From the NCBI GenBank assembly GCA_964016885.1, contig OZ024760.1, forward strand, positions 22,816,001 to 22,880,000: a stretch of 64,000 nt of DNA. Reading direction: 5' to 3'. Shown piece after piece: positions 46,550-61,026 of this stretch (position 1 is its first letter; each line of letters starts with the position of its first letter). The DNA is from Eledone cirrhosa (taxonomy: Eukaryota). A model generated the notes under the pieces. That model had not been told where the DNA came from. It saw only the letters and a list, made by a program, of their open reading frames with translations, and made no database searches. Both the position numbers and the translations under genes were made by a program.

Positions 46550-46994
46550 TAACAATGTATTACGTCAGCCGGCTTTGGTTTCTGTGTGTGATTTTCTGGC
46601 GATAGGTGGCGCTAAAAGCTCTATTCGGATTGTTATCTTTTACACAGATAATATTCTTCTCACTTAATACGTTGTGGTTAGAGTTTTATCAGGGCTTCCT
46701 CCCCTCCACACGACCGAGCGACGGAGACAAATTATTTTAGTTTATTTATATTATATTTTATTCTAGTTCTACGTTTTGTTTTTGTTTTCTTTCCTTTCTT
46801 CTCACCTATTGTATTATTTATTTTTTTCATTTATTGCTTTTACTTTTGTTTGTTTTTTTGAGGGGTATTTAAAACTTTCTTTCGTTAGTTTTTTTATCTG
46901 TCAGTGTTTTTGGTGTTTTGTTTGTTTGTTTGTTGGTGCATTTTTCATTATCTGACTTCGCAAATTTGCATATATGTCCATTTTCCTTAATCTC

Positions 46995-47968
46995 CTCCCC
47001 CTCTCTCCCTCCCTCTCTCCCTCCCCCTTCCTCCTCCTCCTCCTGCTGCTTATCATCATCATCGTCGTCGTCGTCGCCGTCGTCGTCACCATCATCGTTA
47101 TTATCCTCATCATCATCGTCATCGTCGTCGTCGTCATCATCATCATCATCATCATCATCATCAGCACCATCATCATCATCATCGTCATCGTCATCGTCAC
47201 CATGATGATGATGATGATGATGATGATCATCATCATCATCATCATCAGCACTACCATCATCACCATCATCATTACCATCATCATCATCATCATCATTACC
47301 ATCATCACCATCACCCTCACCACCATCACCATCATCACCACCCCCACCATCTTCGTCGACACTGTCATGATCACCATCAACATCACCATCATTATCATCC
47401 ACGTCATTATCATTACAATCACCGTCATCATGATCAACATCGTTATTGCTATCTTCAGCACCATCATCATCATCATCATCATCACCACCCCCACCATCGC
47501 CACGGCCATCATCATCATCATCGCCACCCCCACCCCCATCGTTATCATTATCATCACCATCGCCGCCACCATCTTGATCATCACCATCGCCATCATCATC
47601 ACCATCGCCATCATTATCATCAACTTCATCAGCATCGCCACCACCATCATCATCATCATCATCATCATTACCATCACCATCGCCACCCTCATCATCATCA
47701 TCATCACCATCGCCACCGCCATCATCATCATCACCGTCATCATCATCATCATCATCGCCCCCCCATCGTTATCATTATCATCATCATCGCCCCCCCCCAT
47801 CGTTATCATTATCATCATCGTTAACGCTATTATCATCATCATCATCATCATCAACATCATCAACATCATCAATATCATCGTCATCAACATCATCATCAGC
47901 ATCAGCATCAACATCGTTATCACATATCATCATCATCATCATCATTGCTACCACAACATTATTAACAT
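46995..47968 (+). repeat. (CAT/CAC)n tract
   Basis: Direct reading. Confidence 0.95.
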
Positions 47969-47970
47969 CA

Positions 47971-48736
47971 AGAGTCGGACGCCATGCTTTGAGGCATTGA
48001 GTTACGGCCCTTGTCATTCTGATATTCAAATCCCGCCGAGATTAAACTTTGCCTTTCAATCCTTACGGGGGTCGATAACATAAAGTACCAGTAATACACT
48101 GGATTAAAATTGCTGGCCTTGTGCCAAAGGTAGAAACAATTATTAACATCATCATCATCCTTATAATCTCTATCAGCATCATTATCATCATCATCATCAT
48201 TATTAACATCATCATGGTGGTTGGCCATAGGGCGGTGGATTGGCAGTATCGGTAGAGAGTCGGGCGCCATGCTTCGAGGAACAGAGTTACGGCCCTTGCC
48301 ATTCTGAGTTCAAATCCCGCCGAGGTTAACTCTGCCTTTCATACTTACGGGGTCGATAAAATAAAGTACCAGTAATGCACTGGAGTAATTGCTGGCCTTG
48401 TGCCTAAAGTAGAAACCGAGTTAAACGTTGCTTTCATATTACGGGGTCGATAAAATAAAGTACCAGTAATGCACTGGGGTAATTGCTGGCCTTGTGCCTA
48501 AAGTAGAAACCGAGTTAAACTTTGCCTTTCATACTTACGGGGTCGATAAAATAAAGTACCAGTAATACACTGGTGTTATTTGCTGGCCTTGTGCCTAAAG
48601 TAGAAACAATTATTATTGGCGGATTAACGGTATCGGTAGAGTGTCAGACACCATGCTTTGCAGCATAGAGTTACGCCCCTTTATAGTCTGAGTTCACATC
48701 TTACCGAGGTTAACTTTGCCTTTCATCCTTACGGGG
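47971..48736 (+). mobile_element. SINE cluster with tandemly triplicated 3' half
   Basis: Copies at 47971-48143 and 48230-48417, repeats 48418-48510 and 48511-48613, truncated copy 48618-48736. Confidence 0.9.
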
Positions 48737-50175
48737 TTGTTGGTGTTGTCGTCGTTGTTGTTGTTGTTGTTGTTGCTGTCGTTGTTGGTGTTGTCGTTGT
48801 TGCTGTCGTTGTTGGTGTTGTCGGTGTTGGTGTTGTTGTTGTTGTTGTTGTTGCTGTCGTTGTTGGTGTTGTCGTTGTTGTTGTTGTTGTTGTTGTTGTT
48901 GCTGTCGTTGTTGGTGTTGTTGGTGTTGTTGTTGTTGCTGTCGTTGTTGGTGTTGTCGGTGTTGTTGTTGTTGTTGTTGTTGCTGTCGTTGTTGGTGTTG
49001 TTGGTGTTGTTGTTGTTGCTGTCGTTGTTGGTGTTGTCGGTGTTGGTGTTGTTGTTGTTGTTGTCGTTGTTGGTGTTGTCGGTGTTGTTGTTGTTGTTGC
49101 TGTCGTTGTTGGTGTTGTTGGTGTTGTTGTTGTTGCTGTCGTTGTTGGTGTTGTCGTTGTTGTTGTTGTTGTTGTTGTTGCTGTCGTTGTTGGTGTTGTT
49201 GGTGTTGTTGTTGCTGTCGTTGTTGGTGTTGTCGGTGTTGTTGTTGGTGTTGGTGTTGTCGTTGTTGTTGTTGTCGTTGTTGTTGGTGTCGTTGCTGTTG
49301 GTGTTGGTGTTGACGTTGGTGTTGTTGTTGGTGTTGGTGTTGGTGTTGTTGCTGTTGTTGTTGTTGTTGTTGTTGCTGTTGCTGTTGCTGTTGTCGTTGG
49401 TGTTGCTGTTGTTGCTGTTGTTGTTGTCGTTGTTGTTGGTGTTGTTGTTGGTGTTGTTGTTGGTGTTGTTGTTGCTGTTGTTGTTGTTGGTGGTGTTGCT
49501 GTTGTTGTTGCCGTTGATGTTGGTGTTGTTGTTGTTGTCGTTGCTGTTGGTGTTGTCGTTGTTGTTGGTGCTGTTGCTGTTGTTGTTGTCGTTGTTGTTG
49601 GTGTTGTCGTTGTTGTTGGTGTTGTTGTTGTTGGTGTTGTTGCTGTTGTTGTTGTCGTTGTTGTTGGTGTTGTCGTTGTTGTTAGTGTTGTTGTTGTTGT
49701 TGGTGTTGTTGTTGTTGTCGTTGTTGTTGGTGTTGTCGTTGTTGTTGGTGTTGTTGTCGTTGTTGTTCTTGGTGTTGTTGTTGTTGTTGTTGTTGCTGTT
49801 GGTGTTGTCGTTGTTGTTGGTGTTGTCGTTGTTGTTGGTGTTGTTGTTGTTGTCGTTGCTGTTGGTGTTGTCGTTGTTGTTGTTGTTGTTGGTTTTGTTG
49901 TTGTTGTTGGTGTTGCTGTTGGTGTTGTCGTTGCTGTTGGTGTTGTCGTTGTTATTGGTGTTGTCGTTGGTGTCGTTGTTGTTGTTGGTGTTACTGTTGT
50001 CGTTGTTATTGTTGTTGACATTAACATTGTTTTTGTTACTGCTGCTATTGGTATTCTCGTCGTCGACATTGCCGTCATTGTGCCGTCATTGTTGTTGTCC
50101 TTGTTGCTGTCGTTGCTGTTGTCGTTGTTGTTGTCTTTACCGCCATCGTTGTTGTTGTTGTTGTTGTTGTTTGTT
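48737..50175 (+). repeat. (GTT)n-based tract
   Basis: Direct reading. Confidence 0.95.
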
Positions 50176-50379
50176 ATGTATTTGCTATTGATTGAGATTA
50201 AACATGGTGATCGTGATGAATGTATATATTACAATTGCTCCATTTAAAGCTGAGAAAATGTCATCTAAAAGTTTATATAATTCTATTGAACAATATCTGC
50301 AGTCTTTCAGTTATTTGTGTTCTTCTTGCCATTTTCCTCTTTGTCGTCTGTTTCTTCCAATTGTTTCTGTCTATCGCTT

Positions 50380-50585
50380 TCTATGATTCCTTCCGCATGA
50401 TTTTTCTATGATTTTTCTATGATATTTCTCTGATATTTCTATGATTTTTCTATGATATTTCTCTGATATTTCTCTGATATTTTTCTGATTTTTCTCTGAT
50501 ATTTCTCTGATATTTCTCTGATATTTCTCTGATATTTCTCTGATATTTGTATGGTATTTAAATGATATTTCTACGATATTTTTAT
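50380..50585 (+). repeat. 11-bp tandem repeat GATATTTCTCT
   Basis: Direct reading. Confidence 0.9.
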
Positions 50586-50766
50586 GTGAATTGTTGTGTG
50601 TTTATAGCAATAGATTTATTATTTATAGTGAAGTTCAATTCTTGTTTTGCTTGTTTGTCTCTAATCATGTAATGTGCCTTTATCTATGTAGTGTTGATAT
50701 AACTGTGTGTATGTGTATTTGTATGTATTTACACATATCTAAACACACAAACACACACAAGCACAC

Positions 50767-50844
<78 letters not shown>

Positions 50845-50915
50845 TATATATATATATATGGTTCATATCCATTTATATATCTTTATACACATATATTTAT
50901 GTATATATTAATGTT

Positions 50916-51011
<96 letters not shown>

Positions 51012-51252
51012 TGTGTATATATATATATACGTATGTTTCTATACACATATGTATGTATATATGTATATATATGCATATATATGTATGTATATATATCTAT
51101 GCTTATATATATGTATATATATATGTATATATATATATATATGTATACATATATGTATACATATATATGTATATGTATATGTATATGTATGTATATATGT
51201 AAGTATATATATTTATATATATATATATGTATGTTTCCATATCTATATATGC

Positions 51253-51284
<32 letters not shown>

Positions 51285-51697
51285 ATGTATATATATGTAT
51301 GTATATATGTATGTATATATATGTATATATGTATGTATATGTATGTATATATATATATATGTATATGTATGTATATATGTATGTATATGTATTTATTTAT
51401 ATATGTATGCATTTATATGTATACATATATATGTATATATATATGTATGGATATATATCTATATATGTATACATATATATGTATATATATGTATACATAT
51501 ATATGTATATATATATGTATATGTACGCATATATATGTCTATATATGTATGCGTCTATATGTATGTATATATATGTATATATATATGTATATATATATAT
51601 ATATATATATTTATGTATATATATATGTATATATATATTTATGTATATATATGCATATATATATTTATGTATATATATGTATGTATATATTTATGAT

Positions 51698-51728
<31 letters not shown>

Positions 51729-52002
51729 TTATGTATACGTATGTATATATTTATGTATATATCTGTATAAATATATATTTATGTGTATATATGTATAGAT
51801 ATATTTATGTGTATGTATATGTATATATATCTATATATATATATGTATATACATTTATATATATTCATGTATATATATATATATATATATATATATGTCT
51901 ATGTATATTTATATATATATATATATGTTTATATATATTTATGTAAATATATATGTATACATATATTCATGTATATATATATATGCGTGTAGACATATAT
52001 TC

Positions 52003-52079
<77 letters not shown>

Positions 52080-52085
52080 CATATT

Positions 52086-52129
<44 letters not shown>

Positions 52130-52136
52130 CATATTT

Positions 52137-52177
<41 letters not shown>

Positions 52178-52230
52178 CATATATCGGAGTATCGCTAAAA
52201 CCTTTCTCCGATATTGTATTTATTATATAT

Positions 52231-52334
<104 letters not shown>

Positions 52335-53129
52335 AAATATATATATACATATATAATTATTTTATTACTTCATTGATTTTTTCATTGTTGTTTTATATAA
52401 TCTAATTTCAAAGTTCAATACTATATATTAACACAATTCTTTATCCGTTGTGTGTATATACATACGTGTATATACATACGTGTATATATGTATATACGCG
52501 TATATGTTTTCTTTTAAAGATTTATAACACGGTGTTGTTTCTATAAATATTTTATTACACTTTCTCAGCTTTTACAATGTATTTTAAATAATTAAATTTA
52601 TACAGATTGAAAACCCCCAAAAAATAAATATTTGTTATATCACATCATATTTTTGATATTTTTGTTACAGCTGTTGTTTTGGTGTTGTTGTTAATTATTT
52701 TGTGTTGTATCCTTTATGATATTATGTTGTATTATGTTGTGATATACATTTAATTTTATAGATTATTTATTGCGGGTTATTTGTATATAGCTGTTAAATT
52801 CTGAAGAGTGACAAAACACTCTGATTGGCTTCGAGAATAAAAATAATTGACAATGAGACTACAGTAAAACAAACATGGCACACATACACACACGCATATA
52901 CACATACACACACGCATATACACATACACACACACACACAGCAATATATATACAAACACACACACAAATAGATGTACAAGTAATCATACACATGCAGAAA
53001 GGCGCATATATAAATATATATATATATATATAGTGGTGGAACACTGGAAGGTAATATCCATAGTGGTAGAGCACTCAGTCCAAGGGACGAGTTAGGTAGT
53101 AATGGTTACACAACAGTTAGTTCACCATA

Positions 53130-53169
53130 CCGAGAACAATTGTTTCACATTAGCGGATCCTCAGCTCGG
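53130..53169 (-). ncRNA. Minimal hammerhead of the Naiad-like element
   Basis: CCGAG-CTGAGGA-TCCGCTAATGT-GAAAC-AATT-GTT-CTCGG; a damaged inverted copy at 54466-54499 shows stem II as T-CC-GCTAA-GG-T. Confidence 0.75.
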
Positions 53170-53331
53170 AATGGGCATGGTTATAGGAACAGGAAGGACA
53201 ACCATACGATCGCGCATGGGCAGAAACCCGGTCACTTCACACAGGCAATACTAGACTGCGTGCGAGAGGTGTAAGTGGGATAACTGCGAAAGTCCGCAAA
53301 GTTTTTAGCTTGAAAATAAAATTACAAAGAA

Positions 53332-54003
53332 TCAGTCCGGAGCCTTGAAGTTATGCAATAGGTGTTTGGCGACGTGTAGACAACGTTTGAAAAATTCACT
53401 TCTCGCGTTTAGGAAATCACTATTGCGTAATCTCTTTAGAATAGTTATTCGTTCGTCAATACATAAGCCACACGTTGGATTTCCCCTTGCGTATGGCTTG
53501 GACTTAGTGATGGCTTTCCATTGAATGGAGTAATCTATACTTGAGTCCTTGAGGGACCATACGTGGCTCGTGAGTTTCATGGATGAACGTCTGTCCGGGT
53601 ACATGAAGGTAGACTGGTGGTATAGGAAACGTTCCTTGAATCGGCCCTCCGCCATGCCCACATAGGATTTAACCTCCTGTGGTTCGTTTGGTTGGTTGGA
53701 AGTGACCAAAGCTTCATAGATTACAGCTGGTGTGTTGCATTGCTGCTGAAGGAGGAAAGATTCAGGCTTACGGCAAGAGCACCCTGGTGGGGTGTTGCTC
53801 CTAGGGCTGCTGGTGATGTGGGCCTTCATGTTCTTAGCGCAGGAGTATCCTAGTTTAACTTTGTGTCGGTTAAAGATGGAGCGGGATTTATGACCTATGG
53901 TGAAGTGTCTATCTAAGTGGGCTAGAATTTTTTTTCCTACATTGGTTTTAACGTTGAGTGAGAAGGGAGGAGAGAACCAGATTGCTTGTCTATTGTTGCG
54001 CAT
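53332..54003 (-). pseudogene. PLE ORF fragment: RT thumb, Cys linker, GIY-YIG endonuclease
   Basis: IWFSPPFSLNVKTNVGK, IFNRHKVKLGYSC, CSC..QC, VIYEA...YVGMAEGRFKERF, CGLC..E, FLNARSE..CLH. The first 25 aa of the listed ORF come from the inverted arm. Confidence 0.9.
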
Positions 54004-54526
54004 GGCGGAGGGCCGATTCAAGGAACGTTTCCTGAACCACCAGTCTACATTCAGGTACCCGGGCAGACGTTCATCCACGAAACTCGCCAGCCACGTATGG
54101 TCCCTCTATTCAATGGAAAGCCATCACTAAGTCCAAGCCATACGCAATGGGAAATCCGTCGTGTGGCTTATGTATTGACGAACGAATAACTATTCTAAAG
54201 AGATTTCGCAATAGTGATTGTTTAACTCGAGGAGTGAATTTTTCACACGTTGTCCACACGTTGCCAAACACCTATTGCATAACTACAAGACTCCGGACTG
54301 ATTCTTTGTAATTTTATTTTCAACCTAAACATTTTCGGAATTTCGCAGTTATCCCCCTTACACCTCTCGCAGGCAGTCTAGTATTGCCTGTGTGAAGTGA
54401 CCGGGTTTCTGCGCATGCGCATTCGTACGGTTGTCCTTCCTGTTCCTATAACCAAGCCCATTCAATGAGGATCCGCTAAGGTGAAACAATTGTTCTCGGT
54501 ATGGTGAATTAACTGTTGTGTAAACA

Positions 54527-54580
<54 letters not shown>

Positions 54581-54629
54581 TATTAATTCAAAATATTAAC
54601 CAAATAGATATTCTTGTGATCAAGTATAT

Positions 54630-54690
54630 TTTATTATACATATTTCAGAGGTACTGAGTTAACTTCAACAGTACGCACTCATCAGATAAA
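54630..54690 (-). ncRNA. Hammerhead, inverted copy (family D)
   Basis: TTTAT-CTGATGA-GTGCGTACTG...CAGTACCTCT-GAAA-TATGTATA-ATAAA. Confidence 0.65.
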
Positions 54691-54809
54691 TTAAGATGAT
54701 GCATGACATACCCTGACATAGTAGATGGTTAAGATTCAGTCATGGTAGTCTGATTCATGACTTAATCTTAACCATCTACTATGTCAGGGTATGTCATGCA
54801 TCATCTTAA

Positions 54810-54870
54810 TTTATCTGATGACGACGTACTGTTGAAGTCAACTCAGTACCTCTGAAATATGTATAATAAA
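54810..54870 (+). ncRNA. Hammerhead (family D)
   Basis: TTTAT-CTGATGA-CGACGTACTG...CAGTACCTCT-GAAA-TATGTATA-ATAAA; basal stem II mismatch. Confidence 0.7.
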
Positions 54871-54919
54871 ATATACTTGATCACAAGAATATCTATTTTG
54901 TTAATATTTTGAATTAATA

Positions 54920-54958
<39 letters not shown>

Positions 54959-55099
54959 GTGGTTACACAACAGTTAATTCACGATACCGAGAACAATTGT
55001 TTCACCTTAGCCGATACTGTTGAGTGCTTCCAATCTATTGTAAAACTCATTCTTTGATTTATTCATTGAACCTTGTTTAACCTTTAAATATATATATAT

Positions 55100-55581
55100 A
55101 TATTTATTAAAATAACAGATTAAAGTTTAAGCAAAGGATCGCTGCTTTCACCCTTAACGGGATCTTCTGAAACTAACAAAGTCAATCTCTAAACGCAGAA
55201 CTGGATATTTCAAAAAACGTTGCAACCGGAGGAAGACAGGAAGACGAGACTTTGGTTCGTGGAAACGTTCGCTGGCAAAGAACGGGAAAAAACGAGAAAA
55301 AACGAATTCCCGTTCTTTGCCAGCGAACGTTTCCACGAACCAAAGTATCGTCTTCCTGTTTTCCTCCGGTTGCAACGTTTTTTGAAATATCCAGTTCTGC
55401 GTTTACAGATTGACTTTGTTAGTTTCAGAAGATCCCGTTAAGGGTGAAAGCAGCGATTCTTTGCTTAAACTTTAATCTGTTATTTTAATAAATATTTACT
55501 CTACGGTTCTTATATATTTGATATATATTTATCCTTATCGAGCCTTCTTTGGATTTTAGTCTTCAAATTTATTATTATTAC

Positions 55582-55582
<1 letters not shown>
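55100..55582 (+). mobile_element. PLE-type hairpin, family B (long)
   Basis: Near-perfect ~190-bp arms across 55100-55495, loop ~55290-55307, 87-nt tail; CAGAAGA-TCCC-GTTAA-GGGT-GAAA at 55426. Confidence 0.8.
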
Positions 55583-56262
<680 letters not shown>

Positions 56263-56668
56263 GAAAATAGAGAAATCAATGTGAGCAAGAAGCCAATAGT
56301 AATTCATAATATATAAGTGACTATTACGTCAAGATGGAAAATATTTAACGTAAGATATGGGAAAATAATTCAATCTCAATTAAAAAAAAGTCATATACAT
56401 GCGTTTGTGTATGTATGTAAATATTTATACATATATGTGTATATGTATATTTATGTATATATGTATAAATATATATGTGTATATGCGTATGTATGTTGTG
56501 TATATATGCATATATATATATATATATATAAATATATGTGTGTCTGTGTGCGTGTGTGTATTTGTATATATGTCTGAATGTATGTATGTATGTTTATGCA
56601 TGTATGTGAATATATGCATATATATATATATGTGTGTGTATTTGTATATATATATATATATATATATA

Positions 56669-56944
56669 TACGATATTAACAAATGGAAACTATATTTATA
56701 AAACCATATTTATTTCATTATACATATTTCAAGGACACCAAGTTAAATTATGGTGTGCTTTCATGTGCACACCATAATTTAACTTGGTGTCCTTGAAATG
56801 TGTATAATGAAATAAATATGGTTTTATAAATATAGTTTCCATTTGTTAATATCGTATGTTTACTCCAAATACTTGTTGAGTGCTTTATATCAGTTATATA
56901 AATATTTGCTTGTTGTATCCCAACAATTTAATTAGAACTTTTGC

Positions 56945-56945
<1 letters not shown>
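56669..56945 (+). mobile_element. PLE-type hairpin, family C
   Basis: Palindrome 56669-56856 with loop 56759-56766, plus 89-nt tail. Confidence 0.8.
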
Positions 56946-56971
<26 letters not shown>

Positions 56972-56975
<4 letters not shown>

Positions 56976-57288
56976 ATCTTCATCAGGTCGAGCTTGCTCG
57001 GCTTTCTACGGCACGTTTCCTCCATCCATCTCTGTCTCTCATAGCGTTTGCCAGTTCTTCCGCAGTTCATCCTGTATCGTCCTCAAGTTGCTTGACGTAT
57101 GTCTTCTTGGGACGACCAGCGTTTCTTGCTCCATGAGATGGACTCCATAACACATCACCTGCTATTTCTTCCTTGCTGCGCCAACAGTGGCCAGCAAATC
57201 TGAGTCTCTGTCCACGTATTGACCTGCTGATAGGTGGTATGTTGCCATAGAGATCCTTATTTGTTGGGTGTTCCCTCCAAGACACGTT
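56972..57288 (-). mobile_element. RTE-group LINE 3' fragment
   Basis: [13 protein letters not shown]...RLRFAGHCWR...GRPKKTYVKQLEDDTG. Confidence 0.85.
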
Positions 57289-57342
57289 TATATATATATG
57301 TATATATATATATATGTATATATATATATGTATATTTATATA

Positions 57343-57381
<39 letters not shown>

Positions 57382-57497
57382 TTATACATACATGTATTTA
57401 TGTTTAAATATTAATTTAGAATGGGGAAGTGTGAGATGATATGTGCATAAGCATGTTGATACATACATACACATATATATATATATGTATATATATA

Positions 57498-57690
57498 TAG
57501 GAACAAGTAAGACCCCGACGGCTGAGCTCAAGCCGTTTCGACGGCTAATTCTGCGTCCAGAATTAGGCGTCGAAACGGCTTGAGCTCAGCCGTCGGGGTC
57601 TTACTTGTTCCTATTACCCACTCTACTACCCTAAGTATTGAGTACTTTGGTGCGTTATGGTCCACCTGGTTCCTTACCACATTTCCTTCG

Positions 57691-57693
<3 letters not shown>
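57498..57693 (+). mobile_element. PLE-type hairpin, family A
   Basis: Palindrome 57498-57613 plus 80-nt tail, in (TA)n. Confidence 0.8.
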
Positions 57694-57729
<36 letters not shown>

Positions 57730-57837
57730 TATATATGTATATATGTATGTATATATTATATATGTGTATGTATCTATCACTTTCTACCCGTCTAATTACA
57801 TAACTGCGTCCATATATATGTATAACATAAGTGTGTC

Positions 57838-57910
<73 letters not shown>

Positions 57911-57984
57911 CCAAACACATTCCAATATATTACACACACGTACACATACACATGTACAAATGTATATATATACATATATACACG

Positions 57985-58076
<92 letters not shown>

Positions 58077-58232
58077 CATATATATATAAAGAATTAATAT
58101 CTAGTAACATATATATACATACAGATGCATATCAATGCTAGCAAATATATAGGTTTTATCTTAGTAACTTTGTGGTCCAATGCATGGGGTTGCAGAACAA
58201 TAATATGAGAAAACGTAAAATAAGTCTCTCAT

Positions 58233-58679
<447 letters not shown>

Positions 58680-58702
58680 TATACATACATATATATATAT
58701 AC

Positions 58703-59097
<395 letters not shown>

Positions 59098-59110
59098 CAT
59101 ACATATATAT

Positions 59111-59143
<33 letters not shown>

Positions 59144-59224
59144 CATACATATATATATATGTATATATACATATACATATATACATATATATATATACAT
59201 ATATATATACATATATACATATAT

Positions 59225-59255
<31 letters not shown>

Positions 59256-59748
59256 AACATATATACATATATATATTTACACAATCGTACACACATGCTG
59301 TGAATGCATGTGCTATTAAACTTTCATAAACAAATCTTGATCAACATCATATACACTAATGCTACACACACGCAAGGAAGATAGGCGAAACATGTTAAAT
59401 TAGTTGTTATTAGTAAGTATATCAGTTTTCACCGTTTTTATATAACCTCTCTGATAAGCTCCATATTCTGTTTCATAATGCTTGCAAGCTTCTAGGCGGC
59501 ATGTGAACTTGTAAATTAGTCCTAATCACCAATATGAGATTTTAAAATGTTCTGCATGAAATACGATATACTAGTTAGATATAACTTATCCAAATTACCC
59601 GCCCCTGCCAAGCGCGAGCAAGCTTAGTTGATTTTTATAGTAATTCATCAACACACATTTAATGTATACTTTTAAATAAATACCCGCACTAAGGATTTTA
59701 CCAGCTCTTTTTCGCACCTTTACGTATATAGTGTATGTACATTTGTAA

Positions 59749-59805
<57 letters not shown>

Positions 59806-59810
<5 letters not shown>

Positions 59811-59940
59811 ATTATTAGGGTAAACACTGATGCAATTCATTTCAAGCACTCAACGTACTTTTTCCACATAGGAGTGACGGAGTAAATATCGAATAAGGAA
59901 AAGCGAAGTAGTTTCAGATGTTCAAGTCCTTTAATAATAA
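59806..59940 (-). mobile_element. PLE-type tail fragment
   Basis: ACTC-CGT...ACG-TT-GAGTGC stem-loop on the minus strand; between (TA)n tracts. Confidence 0.5.
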
Positions 59941-60227
59941 TTATATATATATATATATATATATTTCGTTTCTGAATTTGTTTAGCAAGATTCTTTCTCT
60001 GAAAATGTCTGTTGCAACCGATACTGTTATGCTTTGGGAGGGTCATGTTGCCAATAAGAAACACACGCACTAGCAATTTTCACTCCAATTTATTATAAAT
60101 TAAATTTATAAATTTACGGTTGGTTGGTTCCATGACCGGACGGTTGTACATATATTGTCAAAGTTCTGTGACTGGGGATTCATTTCCTTGTTTTTGTGCC
60201 TCTCCTTTGTTCTGTCCTACGTCATCT

Positions 60228-60278
<51 letters not shown>

Positions 60279-60394
60279 TATATATATATATATATATATA
60301 TATAGTTTAATAAATGAACAGGGAACAAAAAACAGAGAGGCAGTACAAATGATATTGTTTTTAGTTGCACGCTTGAGAGTGGGGGGTGGGGAAG

Positions 60395-60422
60395 GACGTT
60401 TCGGGCATAAACCCTTCATCAG
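60395..60422 (-). ncRNA. Hammerhead core in a PLE-like 3' end (~60305-60960)
   Basis: CTGATGA-A-GGG-TTTATG-CCC-GAAACGTC; no stem I partner seen. Confidence 0.55.
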
Positions 60423-60971
60423 GAGAAAGGTGGAAGAGAGTTCTGAGTGTGTGTGGGCGACTGGTGGAAAAACATTAAAAAGGATGAACAAAATTATTTT
60501 AGAGATAAAAAAAAAAAAAAATTTAAATAAACAAGTGGTGAAAGGGTGTGAGGCGTGTAGGGGTGGCGGTGGGTGAATGTGGGTGAAGAGGGGAGAGGGA
60601 GGCGGGGGGTCCGAACGTAGAGAGCTGAAAGAGGTGGTGTGTGTGTATGTGTGTAGGTGTGCGTACGTGTGTGTGTGTGTGTGGATGTGAATGTGAGAGT
60701 TGGGGGGAAGGACGAGGTTCCATGTTCGGGTAAAAGGGAAACCGGTGTGTACATGGGGTGCGGGTGTAGGCCGGTGTGCGCTTGCGTGTGGATGGAGAGG
60801 GGTCAGTGGAGTTGGGGGAGAGGGGGCGTTTGGAGTCCCGAGGCTGTGTGTCTGTATATGAGGTTACGCACTTGTGTGGGTGTTTATGTGTGGTGTGGAT
60901 GTATGGTTGCGTGGTGCGAAAATAGTGAAAGTGTTTGTGCGTGAGCGTGTTGCTGCAGTTACATATATATG

Positions 60972-60980
60972 TTCCTGGAG

Positions 60981-61026
<46 letters not shown>

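Larger units (their letters stand above)
53033..54529 (-). mobile_element. 5'-truncated Penelope-like element (Naiad-like) with ~530-bp inverted arm
   Basis: Arms 53103-53656 / 54001-54527, 70-nt tail 53033-53102, (TA)n on both sides. Confidence 0.9.
54575..55088 (+). mobile_element. PLE-type hairpin, family D
   Basis: Palindrome ~54575-54925 centred near 54749; tail 55017-55088 homologous to 61379-61451. Confidence 0.8.

Noticed and set aside
53170-53331. SECIS in the Naiad-like 3' UTR
   Set aside because: No AUGA/GA kink-turn core seen and no in-frame UGA in the retained ORF.
55154-55441. Mirror-image 73-aa ORF pair
   Set aside because: Consequence of the palindrome.
56975-56990. CTGATGA on the minus strand
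   Set aside because: RTE stop/tail sequence with no stem II or GAAA.
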